A stretch of 61,665 nucleotides of DNA, the filler included, from Deltaproteobacteria bacterium (lineage in GTDB: Bacteria > JAUYMQ01), in the NCBI GenBank assembly GCA_030698575.1. It is 11 parts of 11 records of this genome, joined end to end, with 100 filler letters (N's around TTAATTAATTAA, not from the genome) between each part and the next. Parts side by side here need not be neighbours in the genome. Positions count along the whole stretch, not along the records: positions 1 to 8,231 come from JAUYMQ010000328.1; 10 more parts are not named here. The stretch is one strand, 5' to 3'. Shown here piece by piece: positions 1 through 8,331 of this stretch (position 1 is the stretch's first letter; each line of letters begins with the position of its first letter). The notes under the pieces were generated by a model, which was not told the origin of the DNA, searched no databases, and saw nothing but the letters and a program-made list of their open reading frames with translations. Made by a program: the position numbers and the translations under genes.

Positions 1-139
1 CCATTCGCTACTTCGACGAGCTAGGAGTACCCCGGCTCGCCGCGTAACCTCAACCTTTCGAACCGCCGGATGCGGACCCGCATGTCCGGTGGTGTGGGAG
101 GGGAACGGCGGGGCGAACCCCGCCGTCCCCTATCCCGAT
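1..139 (+). mobile_element. 3' end of a group II intron (bacterial class C-like): end of RT/maturase ORF, domain V and domain VI
   Basis: ORF tail IRYFDELGVPRLAA* (3-47). DV-like GAACCGCCGGATGCGGACCCGCATGTCCGGTGGTGTGGGAGGGG at 60-103. DVI hairpin ending CCCCTATCCCGAT at 139. Truncated by the window start. Confidence 0.9.
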
Positions 140-184
140 TCGATTGCCTTGTCCCCGATCCCTGTGCGTGATATAGCTCCGCCC

Positions 185-1234
185 ATGAAGCTCGATGAAC
201 TTGCCTCTCTCCTCGGTTGCGAACTGGAAGGGGACGGGCGGGTCGAAATAGAGGGGGTCGATTCCCTGGACCGCGCCGGTCGGGGGAAGATCACCTTTGC
301 TGTCGACCGGAAGCGCGCCGGCGAGGTCGAGAAGAGCGCAGCGTCGGCCGTGATCCTTCCGCCGGGCGTCGATGCGTACGGCAAGCCCACCCTTCGAACG
401 AAGCACCCACAGCTGGCTTTCGCGCGCGCTCTTCACGCGTTCCACCCTGTCCTTCCGCCTCCGCCGGGCGTGCACGCCCTGGCGTCCATCGACCCGACGG
501 CGCACGTCGATCCGACAGCCCGGATCGGCCCCTACGTCGTCATCGAGAAAAACGCTCGCATCGGCGCCCGCACGGCCATCGAGGCCTTCACCTTCGTCGG
601 GCAGGATGTGAGCGTTGGAGACGATTGCCGCATCGCGGAGCACGTTGGTTTGCGGGCGCGCGCGACCATCGGGAACCGCGTGATCATCCACGGCGGTGCG
701 AGCATCGGCAGCGACGGCTTCGGCTTCACGCCGGACGAGAAGGGCGGCATCGCGAAAGTGCCCCAGGTCGGGACCGTCGTCATCGAGGACGACGTGGAGA
801 TCGGCGCGCTCACGGCCATCGATCGGGCCACCGTGGGCGCCACGCGGCTTCGCAAGGGCGCGAAGATCGATAACCTCTGCCAGATTGCCCACAACTGCGA
901 CATCGGCGAGTACGCAATCCTGACAGGCCAGTGTGGCCTGGCCGGCAGCGTGCGGATCGGGAAGGGCGTGATCATGGGTGGCGGCGCGGGCGTGCTCGAT
1001 GGCGGCCAGGTCGGGGACGGCGCCCGCATCGCTTCGCTGGCGGGAGTGGTGGGCGATGTGCCAGCCGGCGAAGCTTATGGCGGTGCGCCTGCGATGCCTC
1101 TCGTCACCTACCGGCGCGCGATGATAGCGCTCCGAAAACTTCCGGACATGCTGCAGCGCCTCCGTCGGCTCGAGCGATCCGCCCGGAAAGACGGGGCGCT
1201 CCCCGAGCGAGAAGACCCACCCGGCAAAGCCTAG
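185..1234 (+). CDS. lpxD: UDP-3-O-acylglucosamine N-acyltransferase
   Basis: MKLDELA start, hexapeptide repeats, IGSDGFGF, VPQVGTV, IDRAT, KIDNLCQIAHN. Confidence 0.95.
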   Translation: MKLDELASLLGCELEGDGRVEIEGVDSLDRAGRGKITFAVDRKRAGEVEKSAASAVILPPGVDAYGKPTLRTKHPQLAFARALHAFHPVLPPPPGVHALASIDPTAHVDPTARIGPYVVIEKNARIGARTAIEAFTFVGQDVSVGDDCRIAEHVGLRARATIGNRVIIHGGASIGSDGFGFTPDEKGGIAKVPQVGTVVIEDDVEIGALTAIDRATVGATRLRKGAKIDNLCQIAHNCDIGEYAILTGQCGLAGSVRIGKGVIMGGGAGVLDGGQVGDGARIASLAGVVGDVPAGEAYGGAPAMPLVTYRRAMIALRKLPDMLQRLRRLERSARKDGALPEREDPPGKA

Positions 1235-1342
1235 GCGGATTTCTGGAATAATCAGATCCCTTCGCGGCGTCTTGCAGGTGACCGGGGAGGGGCGGCGACA
1301 ATCCTCCCGCAGAATTCTACTCACTCGAGAGGAGACGCCGAG

Positions 1343-1792
1343 ATGAAACGAATGATCGCCCTTGCCTTCGCCCTGACCCTGGCCCTCGCCCTTGCGGCAG
1401 GCAGCGCCCGAGCCCAGGAGTTCCTTCCTCCAGGCAGTTACGGAAGCGTCACGCTTACCGCGCTCGACGGCGCTACGACTCTTGCAGGCGGCGTGCTGCG
1501 GACCTCGAGCCGGGAAGAGCGGGACGACGAGGACTATGCGCGGGATGCCGTGCTGTTCCAGATCCCGCTCTTCGAAAACGCTCCGGCGAGTTTCAGCGCG
1601 CCCTTCGCCTTCCGGCGTGACAGCCGCACCCGCGTGCTGCTCATCAACAGCGATGACGTCAACCTGCTCCGGGTCAGAACGACCTTCTACCGGCCGAACG
1701 GCGACGTGATCGGCTGCAACGAGGTGGAGCTGGCGCCTCACGAGCGCAGGAGCCGCCGAGTCCAGAACATCCCGCTCGGGTCCTGCCCCTGA
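1343..1792 (+). CDS. Hypothetical secreted protein
   Basis: GAGGAG RBS, Sec signal peptide ending ARA-Q, two C-terminal Cys; no family recognised. Confidence 0.7.
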   Translation: MKRMIALAFALTLALALAAGSARAQEFLPPGSYGSVTLTALDGATTLAGGVLRTSSREERDDEDYARDAVLFQIPLFENAPASFSAPFAFRRDSRTRVLLINSDDVNLLRVRTTFYRPNGDVIGCNEVELAPHERRSRRVQNIPLGSCP

Positions 1793-1863
1793 TCGTCCCG
1801 CGCAACCGGCCCGCCCGGCGCAGGCGAAGCGGCGTGATCGCCCGGCGATCGCGCCGTCTCGAT

Positions 1864-2676
1864 TCACAGCCTATCGCCCCTTTCAACTTCTTCACCTGAC
1901 CAGGCAACGGCGCGCGCGGTGACGACGGCGTCAATGCGGCGGGCGCCGGCGCGCCGGAGCGCGCGAGCGCAGGCGTCGAGAGTGGCGCCGGTGGTCATCA
2001 CGTCGTCCACGAGGAGCACATGCCGGCCGCGCACCCGCTCGGCGCGTCCCCGGAAGGCGCCGCGAAGATTGCTCTGTCGCGCGATGCGCGTAAGGCGTGT
2101 CTGGGGGGTCGTCTCCCGCGTGCGTATCAACGCGTCGGGCGCGAGCTCCGCCCAGGAAGCGAGGCGGCCTCCACGGAGAAGCGCGGCCGCGAGAAGGTGG
2201 GCCTGATTGAAGCCGCGCTCGCGGATCCGGCGCGGATGAAGCGGCACCGGCACGACGAGATCGTAGGGCGGACGTGCGTCGAGAACGACATGATGGGGTG
2301 AAGGGGCGGCTTGGAGCCGCGATGCATGCGGGCGGGGAAGGCGGCGGAGCGCGCGCACGAGCAGGAGGGCGAGCGCGGTGATCTGGACGATATCGCCCGC
2401 GAACTTCAGGCGGTGGATCGAATCGAGCAGCCCTCCCTCGTATCGCCCCCCCGCCCGGACCGCGCCGAAGGCGGGCGGCTGCCTCACGCAGGCGCCGCAG
2501 GGGTGATCGGCCATCGCCGCCGCGAACGGGACGCCGCAGCAGGTGCAGAGCGGCGACGCCACCGCCCGGAAGGTCCGCGCGCAGCGGCGGCAGAAGCGCG
2601 TCGGCCCGCGGGCGGCCTGGCTGCCGCATAGCGGGCAGGCCGCGGGGGCAAGGACGTCGAGGAGGAGATCGACCAC
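1864..2676 (-). CDS. comF: ComF family protein (double zinc ribbon + PRTase domain)
   Basis: N-terminal CxxC pairs, VPVPLH..RERGFNQA, VLLVDDVMTTGATL. Confidence 0.9.
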   Translation of the reverse strand: MVDLLLDVLAPAACPLCGSQAARGPTRFCRRCARTFRAVASPLCTCCGVPFAAAMADHPCGACVRQPPAFGAVRAGGRYEGGLLDSIHRLKFAGDIVQITALALLLVRALRRLPRPHASRLQAAPSPHHVVLDARPPYDLVVPVPLHPRRIRERGFNQAHLLAAALLRGGRLASWAELAPDALIRTRETTPQTRLTRIARQSNLRGAFRGRAERVRGRHVLLVDDVMTTGATLDACARALRRAGARRIDAVVTARAVAWSGEEVERGDRL

Positions 2677-2769
2677 CGTTCCGGACGCCAGGCGCAGCGG
2701 GGGTGCTCACGAACCCGGGCGGGGCGAAAAGGGAGCGGAATCGGTTCGGGTGCGCCCATGGGGTGCCCG

Positions 2770-4365
2770 TCAGGGCTTCTCGATGAGGGATCGCCCGGTC
2801 ATCTCGCCGGACTTTGGAATTTCCATGATCGCGAGAATGGTGGGAGCCACGTCACATAGCCCCCCGTCCCGGAGCTTACGCACACGGGAAGCGGCTTCGG
2901 CCCGCCCGTCCAGGACGTGCAGGGGAACGAGGTTTTTCGTGTGGGCGGTGTGGGGCTCGCCAGTCTCCGGGTCGCGCATCTGCTCCAGGTTGCCGTGGTC
3001 GGCTGTGATGAGCACCACGCCTCCGGCTGCGAGGGCCGCCTGGCTCACGCGGTCGAGGCAGGCGTCGATGATCTCCGCAGCTTTCACGGCGGCGGGAAAG
3101 ACCCCCGTGTGTCCCACCATGTCGGGGTTCGCGTAGTTCATGAGGATGAAGTCGTAGTTTCCGCTCTCGATTCGCCGAATCACCTCGTCGGTGACGCCCG
3201 GTGCGCTCATCTCGGGCTTGTGATCGTAGGTCGGCACGTCGCGCGGCGACGGGATCAGCACACGATCCTCTCCCTCGTAGCTCTTCTCCTCGCCTCCGTC
3301 GAAGAAGAAGGTCACGTGGGCGTACTTCTCGGTCTCGGCGATCCGGAGCTGCCTGCAGCCCGCGGCCGATAGAACTTCTCCGAGGACTTGCCTGGGCTTC
3401 TGCGTGGGAAACAGAACCGGGAGCCGGAAGAGCTCGTCGTACGCGGCCATGCAGGCAAAAGCGGAAAGCTTGGGGACCGACTTACGGACCAGCTTTCCCT
3501 CGAACAGGTCCGGCCGCTGATCGTTCAGCGCGTTCGTGATCTGCCGCGCGCGATCGGCCCTGAAGTTGAAGAAAACGGCCGCATCACGGCTCTCGATGCA
3601 ACCGTCGTTTACCGCCCCCCCCGGGGGGGGATCTATGAAAACCGGCTTCACGAACTCGTCCGTCTCGCCCTTTTCGTAGGCGGTAACGATGGCCTCATCG
3701 GCGGAGGCCGCCCGCCTTCCCTCGCCCCCCACCAGGCACGCGTAGGCTTGCCCTGTTCGCTCCCATCGCGAATCGCGATCCATGGCGTAGTAGCGGCCCA
3801 TGATGGTTGCGATGCGAAGGGTGCATTCGGGGTGCGACGTCCGAATCGCGGCAATCGCCTCCTCGAGCGCAGCGATATAGCCGCGGGCGCTGGAGGGAGG
3901 CGTGTCACGGCCGTCGAGAAAGGCGTGGACGAAGATGCGCGGGCATTTCTCATCGACGGCGGTCCGGAGGAGCGCGATGAGATGCTTCATGTGGCTGTGG
4001 ATGCCGCCATCGGAGACGAGCCCCATGAAGTGAACCGACCCGCCGGCTTCGCGGGCAGCGCGCAGCGTGTCGAGGAGCGCCGGATTGCGCGCAAGCGAGC
4101 CATCCTCCGTGGCCTTTGTGATGCGCCGGAGGTCCATGTCGATGATGCGGCCGGCGCCGAGCGTCAGGTGTCCCACCTCGGAGTTGCCCATCTGCCCCTT
4201 GGGAAGGCCGACCGCCTCACCGGTGGCGTCGAGCCTGCACATGGGATGCTCGCGCGTGATTCGATCGAAGAAGGGCGTATGCGCGCAAGAGGCCGCGTTG
4301 TCCTCAGCAGGTTCCCGAAGGCCCCAGCCGTCGAGCACGATAAGCATGGTGAGAGGTGGTCGCAT
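2770..4365 (-). CDS. gpmI: 2,3-bisphosphoglycerate-independent phosphoglycerate mutase
   Basis: LDGWG, GQMGNSEVGH, DGRDTPP, AETEKYAHVTFF, NPDMVGHTG, TADHGN. Confidence 0.97.
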   Translation of the reverse strand: MRPPLTMLIVLDGWGLREPAEDNAASCAHTPFFDRITREHPMCRLDATGEAVGLPKGQMGNSEVGHLTLGAGRIIDMDLRRITKATEDGSLARNPALLDTLRAAREAGGSVHFMGLVSDGGIHSHMKHLIALLRTAVDEKCPRIFVHAFLDGRDTPPSSARGYIAALEEAIAAIRTSHPECTLRIATIMGRYYAMDRDSRWERTGQAYACLVGGEGRRAASADEAIVTAYEKGETDEFVKPVFIDPPPGGAVNDGCIESRDAAVFFNFRADRARQITNALNDQRPDLFEGKLVRKSVPKLSAFACMAAYDELFRLPVLFPTQKPRQVLGEVLSAAGCRQLRIAETEKYAHVTFFFDGGEEKSYEGEDRVLIPSPRDVPTYDHKPEMSAPGVTDEVIRRIESGNYDFILMNYANPDMVGHTGVFPAAVKAAEIIDACLDRVSQAALAAGGVVLITADHGNLEQMRDPETGEPHTAHTKNLVPLHVLDGRAEAASRVRKLRDGGLCDVAPTILAIMEIPKSGEMTGRSLIEKP

Positions 4366-4392
4366 GATCTCTCGAATAGCTCTGGGAGCTTG

Positions 4393-4806
4393 TCAGGCGC
4401 CCGCGCGGCCGCGGGCCTCTTCTTCCCAGGGGAGCAGATCGACCCGGGCGGCCTGATGCCAGAGGCTCTCGAGGTTGTAGAAGCTTCGGATCGGCTCGTG
4501 GAAGACGTGGATGATCAGATCGTCTGCGTCGATGAGGACCCACTTTCCTTCCCGGTACCCTTCGACGCCGAGAGGCGGCGCTCCGCTCTGCTTCAGCGCC
4601 TGCCCGATCGCGTCGGCGATGGCCTGGACCTGCTTGTTGGAACGGCCGCTGCAGATCAGGAAGTAGTCGGCAAAAGAGGAGAGTTCGCCAATGTTCAGCA
4701 ACGCCAGGTTTTCGGCTTTCTTCTCGAGCGCGGTGAGCACCGCGAGATGGGCCTTGGCCTCGGAGGCAAGCTCTTCGACGGCGGGGTTATGCTTCTTCTG
4801 TCTCAT
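4393..4806 (-). CDS. rsfS: Ribosome silencing factor
   Basis: ADYFLICSG..QVQAIAD, WVLID, YNLESLW; follows nadD. Confidence 0.93.
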   Translation of the reverse strand: MRQKKHNPAVEELASEAKAHLAVLTALEKKAENLALLNIGELSSFADYFLICSGRSNKQVQAIADAIGQALKQSGAPPLGVEGYREGKWVLIDADDLIIHVFHEPIRSFYNLESLWHQAARVDLLPWEEEARGRAGA

Positions 4807-5504
4807 CTGGCTCCGGGATCAGGGTACTGGTAGAGGCCGCGCTGTTCGATCAACGTGACGACCGTTTCCGGCACGAGGTAGCGGATGGATCGCCCGCCTG
4901 CCACGAGCCCGCGGATCTGTGTCGAGCTGACCTGCAGCGCCCCAACATCTCGAAAATACACATGTTTTCCGGAGATGTGAGTGAAAGCATCGACTTCCGG
5001 ACTATAGCAGAAGGCCTCTCGCACCTCAACAGGAAGCATCGTCTCGGGCGGCTTCCCGGGGCCCTCGGGCCGCCGCACCACGATGATGTGGGCCAGGGTG
5101 AACAGCCGTTCCCAGTCCTTCCATGTGTCGATCTCGATGAAGGCGTCGTCCGCCATCGCGAAGAAGATCTCGGTCCCGGCTCCGTGTTCGCGGCTAAGCG
5201 CGTCGAGCGTCTCGACCGAGTAAGAGGTTCCACCGCGCCGGACCTCGATGTCCGAGACCTTGAACCGCGGGTTGTCCGCGACAGCCAGCCGGACCATCTC
5301 GAGCCGGACCTCGCTCGGGCACAGGCCGGCCACGGTCTTGTGCGGTGGAATCTCGGACGGGATGAAGATGAAGGGATCGAGTGAGAAGCTCTCGCTGAGG
5401 ACCTCTGCCAGCCGCAGATGGCCGAGGTGAACGGGATTGAACGTGCCTCCCAGCACGCCGATCCGCCCGGGACCTCCGGCGGAGGCGTTCGGAGCCTTCG
5501 TCAT
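4803..5504 (-). CDS. nadD: Nicotinate-nucleotide adenylyltransferase
   Basis: GGTFNPVHLGH, PPHK, SSTQIR. Confidence 0.95.
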   Translation of the reverse strand: MTKAPNASAGGPGRIGVLGGTFNPVHLGHLRLAEVLSESFSLDPFIFIPSEIPPHKTVAGLCPSEVRLEMVRLAVADNPRFKVSDIEVRRGGTSYSVETLDALSREHGAGTEIFFAMADDAFIEIDTWKDWERLFTLAHIIVVRRPEGPGKPPETMLPVEVREAFCYSPEVDAFTHISGKHVYFRDVGALQVSSTQIRGLVAGGRSIRYLVPETVVTLIEQRGLYQYPDPGAR

Positions 5505-6760
5505 TCGCGAACCTGTCCTTCGCCCAGCACCACGTACTTGTAGGTCGTCAGCTCCGCGAGCCCCATCGGGCCCCGGGCGTGCAGCTTGGAGGTCGAAATG
5601 CCGATCTCGGCGCCGAATCCGAACTCGAAGCCGTCACTGAAGCGGGTCGACGCGTTCACCAGCACGGTCGACGAATCGACCGCCTGCGTGAACCGGCGGG
5701 CGGCGTGATAGCTGTCGGTCACGATGGCGTCGGTGTGTCCGGAACCGTATCGGGCGATGTGATCAATGGCTGCATCGAGGCTCGGCACGACCCGCACTGC
5801 GAGCACCAGATCGAGGTATTCCGCCGTCCAGTCTGAATCGTTGGCAGTGGCGACACCGGGTGCGAGGGCTCTCGTCTCCTCGCAGCCGCGGATCTCGACG
5901 CCCGCTGCGCGGAACTTCTCGATCATTCCCGGCAGGAACTTCTCGGCCACGTCGGCGTGCACCAGCATCGTCTCCATGGCGTTGCACACACTCGGCCGCT
6001 GTACCTTTGCGTTGAGGCAGATCCGTTCGGCCATCTCCAGATCGGCGTCCTTGTCGACGAACACGTGACAGACCCCGGCGTAGTGCTGGATCACGGGGAT
6101 CGTGGACGCTTCGGTCACCATGCGGACCAGGCCCTCGCCGCCCCGCGGTATGATGAGATCGATGTGTCGATCGAGTTTCAGCAGGTGACCAACCACCTCG
6201 CGATCGGTCCATGGAACGAGCTGGATGGAATGCTCCGGTGCGCCGGCGGCGGAAGCGGCCTCGGCAAGGAGCGAAGCGATGGCCATGTTCGAGTGAAACG
6301 CTTCCTTCCCTCCCCGCAGGATGGTGGCGTTCCCCGATTTCAGGCAGAGCGCCGCCGTGTCGGCGGTGACGTTGGGGCGCGACTCATAGATGATGCCCAC
6401 CACGCCGATGGGAACCCGCACGCGCGCGATCTGAAGCCCGTTCGGGCGCGTCCAGGCGCGCATCGTCTCGCCCACCGGGTCTGGTAGTCCCGCGACGATC
6501 TCGACACCTGCAGCCATGGCCTCGATCCGCGCGGCGTCGAGCACGAGGCGGTCGATCAGCGCCTCGGAAAGGCCCGCTGCCCGGCCCGCCTCGACATCCT
6601 TCCGGTTGGCCGCCTCGATCTTCGCGCCGCCGTTGCGGATGGCGCCTGCCATTCCGCTCAGGGCGCGGTTCTTCACATTCGTCGGGAGCGTGGCGAGCCC
6701 GCGCGAAGCCTCACGCGCCTGGCGGGCCATTGTTTCGGTCTCGCGCTTGTAATCCGTCAT
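5501..6760 (-). CDS. proA: Gamma-glutamyl phosphate reductase
   Basis: IYESRPNVT, IPRGG, CNAMET, NASTRFSDGFEFGFGAEIGIST. Confidence 0.96.
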   Translation of the reverse strand: MTDYKRETETMARQAREASRGLATLPTNVKNRALSGMAGAIRNGGAKIEAANRKDVEAGRAAGLSEALIDRLVLDAARIEAMAAGVEIVAGLPDPVGETMRAWTRPNGLQIARVRVPIGVVGIIYESRPNVTADTAALCLKSGNATILRGGKEAFHSNMAIASLLAEAASAAGAPEHSIQLVPWTDREVVGHLLKLDRHIDLIIPRGGEGLVRMVTEASTIPVIQHYAGVCHVFVDKDADLEMAERICLNAKVQRPSVCNAMETMLVHADVAEKFLPGMIEKFRAAGVEIRGCEETRALAPGVATANDSDWTAEYLDLVLAVRVVPSLDAAIDHIARYGSGHTDAIVTDSYHAARRFTQAVDSSTVLVNASTRFSDGFEFGFGAEIGISTSKLHARGPMGLAELTTYKYVVLGEGQVRE

Positions 6761-6817
6761 GCCGGCATCCTGTCCGGGGCCCCCAACGCCCCTGTCCATG
6801 GTAAACGGAGGGCCGGG

Positions 6818-7990
6818 CTAGAGCAATACGAGATCGTCGCGGTGGACGACCTCGTCGGTGGCCTTGTAGCCCAGGGTGGCTTCGATCTCGGTCGTCCGGA
6901 GCCCCTTGATCTTGTCGACTTCATTGGAGGCGTACTCCACGAGGCCGCGGGCGAATTCCTTTCCTTCCGGATCGACAATCTGCACGAGGTCGCCCGCACC
7001 GAAGCGGCCCGTTACGCGCGCGACGCCGGAGGGCAGGAGGCTCTTGCCGCGATCGCGAAGGGCCGCGACCGCGCCGGCGTCGACCTGGAGCGATCCCTGC
7101 GGCTGCCGCGTGAACGCGATCCAGTGCTTCCGGCTCCGGAGCGGCGCTTCGTGCGGAAGGAAGAGCGTGCCGATCGGCTCGCCGTCGAGCACGCGGCTCA
7201 CGCAGCGACGAAGCCGCCCACTGGCGACAACGCACGGAACGCCGAAGTGCCCTGACTTGCGGGCTGCGGCGATTTTGCTCGCGATTCCACCAGTGCCCAC
7301 GCTGCCGCTCAACGGTTCGTCCGCGAGCGTCTCGAGGCCGGGATCGATCCGTCGCACGAGCGGAATGAGGCGGGGACGGCTGTGCTTGCGGGGGTCGCGG
7401 TCGTAGAGCCCCTCCGTGTCGGTCAGGAAGATCAGCAGCCGTGCCTCGATAAGATTGGTGACGAGGGCGGCCAGGTGATCGTTGTCGCCGAACTTGATCT
7501 CCTCGACGACCACGGTGTCGTTCTCGTTGATCACGGGCACCACACCGAGGCCGAGCAAGGTCAGCAGCGTGTGGCGCGCGTTCAAGAAGCGGCGGCGATT
7601 GCCGAGGTCGTCGGACGTCAGCAGCACCTGCCCAACCTTCAGGCCGTGCCTGGCGAAGGCGCGCTCCCAGGCCTGGATGAGGCCGGATTGTCCCACGGCC
7701 GCCGCCGCCTGCTTCTCCGGAATTGTGCAGGGGCGCCGCGCCAGCAACAGGCGGCTCGTTCCCGCAGCCACCGCTCCGGACGACACGAGCAGGATTTCGT
7801 GCCCGCCGCTCACCGCGTGGGCGATGTCCTCCGCGATTCGGTTGACCGCACGGGTGTTCAGCCCCTTCCCGTCCGCGGTGACGATCGAACTGCCGACCTT
7901 CACAAGGACCCGCTTCGCCTTGGCCACGGCTTGCTGGCGCTCACGCGCAATTTCGGCGGCGACATCGGCGCCGTCGTCTTTCCTCTTCAC
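6818..7990 (-). CDS. proB: Glutamate 5-kinase with PUA domain
   Basis: VKVGSS, VSSGAV, NENDTV, FGDND, GTGG..SK; GTG start overlaps obgE stop (GTGA). Confidence 0.95.
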   Translation of the reverse strand: MKRKDDGADVAAEIARERQQAVAKAKRVLVKVGSSIVTADGKGLNTRAVNRIAEDIAHAVSGGHEILLVSSGAVAAGTSRLLLARRPCTIPEKQAAAAVGQSGLIQAWERAFARHGLKVGQVLLTSDDLGNRRRFLNARHTLLTLLGLGVVPVINENDTVVVEEIKFGDNDHLAALVTNLIEARLLIFLTDTEGLYDRDPRKHSRPRLIPLVRRIDPGLETLADEPLSGSVGTGGIASKIAAARKSGHFGVPCVVASGRLRRCVSRVLDGEPIGTLFLPHEAPLRSRKHWIAFTRQPQGSLQVDAGAVAALRDRGKSLLPSGVARVTGRFGAGDLVQIVDPEGKEFARGLVEYASNEVDKIKGLRTTEIEATLGYKATDEVVHRDDLVLL

Positions 7991-8231
7991 TGCCAGGCAT
8001 CCTCCAGGCTCTGCCGGACGTGTGCGCGCGCCCCCCGCTCGCGCGACACGTGCCGCCACATCTCGGCCACGAGCGCGTCGACCCCCTCTCCCGTTACCGC
8101 GGAGATCGTCAGCGGCTCAATTCCCTCGCCCTCGAATAGCGAGCAGACCTCCGCGACACGCGCGTCCTCGCCGCCGAGGGCGTCGATCTTGGAGAGAACG
8201 ACAATCTCGGGATTCGCGAGCAGGGCTTTGT
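7987..8231 (-). CDS. obgE: GTPase ObgE, C-terminal fragment (contig end)
   Basis: Manual translation ...VVLSKIDA...ISAVTGEGVDAL...WQ*; typical obgE-proB synteny. Confidence 0.8.
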
Positions 8232-8331
8232 NNNNNNNNNNNNNNNNNNNNNNNNNNNNNNNNNNNNNNNNNNNNTTAATTAATTAANNNNNNNNNNNNN
8301 NNNNNNNNNNNNNNNNNNNNNNNNNNNNNNN
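8232..8331. other. Artificial contig linker; identical linkers at 12618-12717, 24422-24521, 28876-28975, 32181-32280, 35971-36070, 38913-39012, 48584-48683, 53860-53959, 56774-56873
   Basis: 100-nt N run containing TTAATTAATTAA (stops in all six frames); genes are truncated at the linkers. Confidence 0.99.

Noticed and set aside
50-1867. Long antisense or alternative-frame ORFs (e.g. 50-1867, 3388-4833, 50623-52767)
   Set aside because: They overlap well-supported genes, are Arg/Pro/Ala-rich without motifs, and are expected at high GC.
3615-3630. C-run/G-run palindrome in gpmI similar to the one before the primase
   Set aside because: It encodes a PPPGG loop inside a conserved gene; likely coincidental.
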